Below, one piece after another: positions 63,909 through 64,000 of a stretch of DNA of 64,000 bases (position 1 is the stretch's first letter; each line of letters begins with the position of its first letter). Where the stretch lies: positions 20,560-84,559 of IMG/VR virus record IMGVR_UViG_3300038679_000021; one strand, given 5' to 3'. The translations under genes were made by a program, and so were the position numbers. Source of the stretch: a virus. Its lineage: Duplodnaviria > Caudoviricetes. The notes under the pieces are model-generated. The model did not search any database. It was not told where the DNA came from and worked only from the letters and a program-made list of their open reading frames with translations.

Positions 63909-64000
63909 TGAGACGACCTACGACCGTGCCGAAGGCGCACAGACGACGACGCACCACCACGAAGGTACGACCACGAGGTATGACCAAAGGTAGGATAAAA

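Larger units (their letters stand above)
57158..63937 (+). repeat. Dispersed oriented intergenic motif ACCGTGCC-N4-GCG followed by GAC-rich tract (span of copies)
   Basis: ACCGTGCC at 57158, 57879, 58903, 59321, 60566, 62411, 63923; degenerate at 56797 and 61027; all intergenic and co-oriented. Confidence 0.85.

Noticed and set aside
57158-63937. ACCGTGCC elements as a CRISPR array
   Set aside because: Conserved core is only 8-15 bp, spacing is hundreds to thousands of bp with genes in between, and no cas genes are seen.
1-64000. Stop-codon reassignment, diversity-generating retroelement, or prophage integration
   Set aside because: Core genes are intact in the standard code; no reverse transcriptase or TR/VR pair; no integrase, att site or host genes seen. 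Lifestyle cannot be decided from this window.

Overview
A 64 kb segment of a tailed dsDNA phage genome with siphovirus-type morphogenesis genes. Essentially all credible genes are on the minus strand; most plus-strand ORFs look like antisense shadows. In transcription order (high to low coordinates): (1) 56.4-64 kb, an early/host-takeover-like region of short units, with 11 sigma70-like promoters, hairpin terminators, small unknown ORFs and an oriented ACCGTGCC-N4-GCG motif in the spacers; (2) 56.0-57.1 kb, a repeat-rich and largely non-coding stretch, a candidate origin or entry signal; (3) 35-56 kb, nucleotide metabolism, replication and repair genes (MazG-like, ThyX, bL12-like, FkbM/class I methyltransferases, radical SAM, DenV, HNH-AP2, two initiator-like wHTH paralogs, DNA ligase); (4) 26.3-35.2 kb, a tightly coupled modification operon (methyltransferase, B12 radical SAM, DegT, WbqC, radical SAM/SPASM, DNA adenine methylase, PIG-L, GT-B glycosyltransferase, ParB-like) running into terS/terL; (5) 0.3-26.1 kb, the head-tail module with a classic -1 frameshift chaperone, a glycosyltransferase inside the tail operon and five proteins with apparent export signals. 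A 14-20 bp palindrome (core TGCAATCGATTGCA) recurs five times exactly and once with one mismatch. No integrase, polymerase, helicase, tRNA or CRISPR array was seen. Functional calls come from motif recognition by eye, not database searches, and the host cannot be determined from this analysis.
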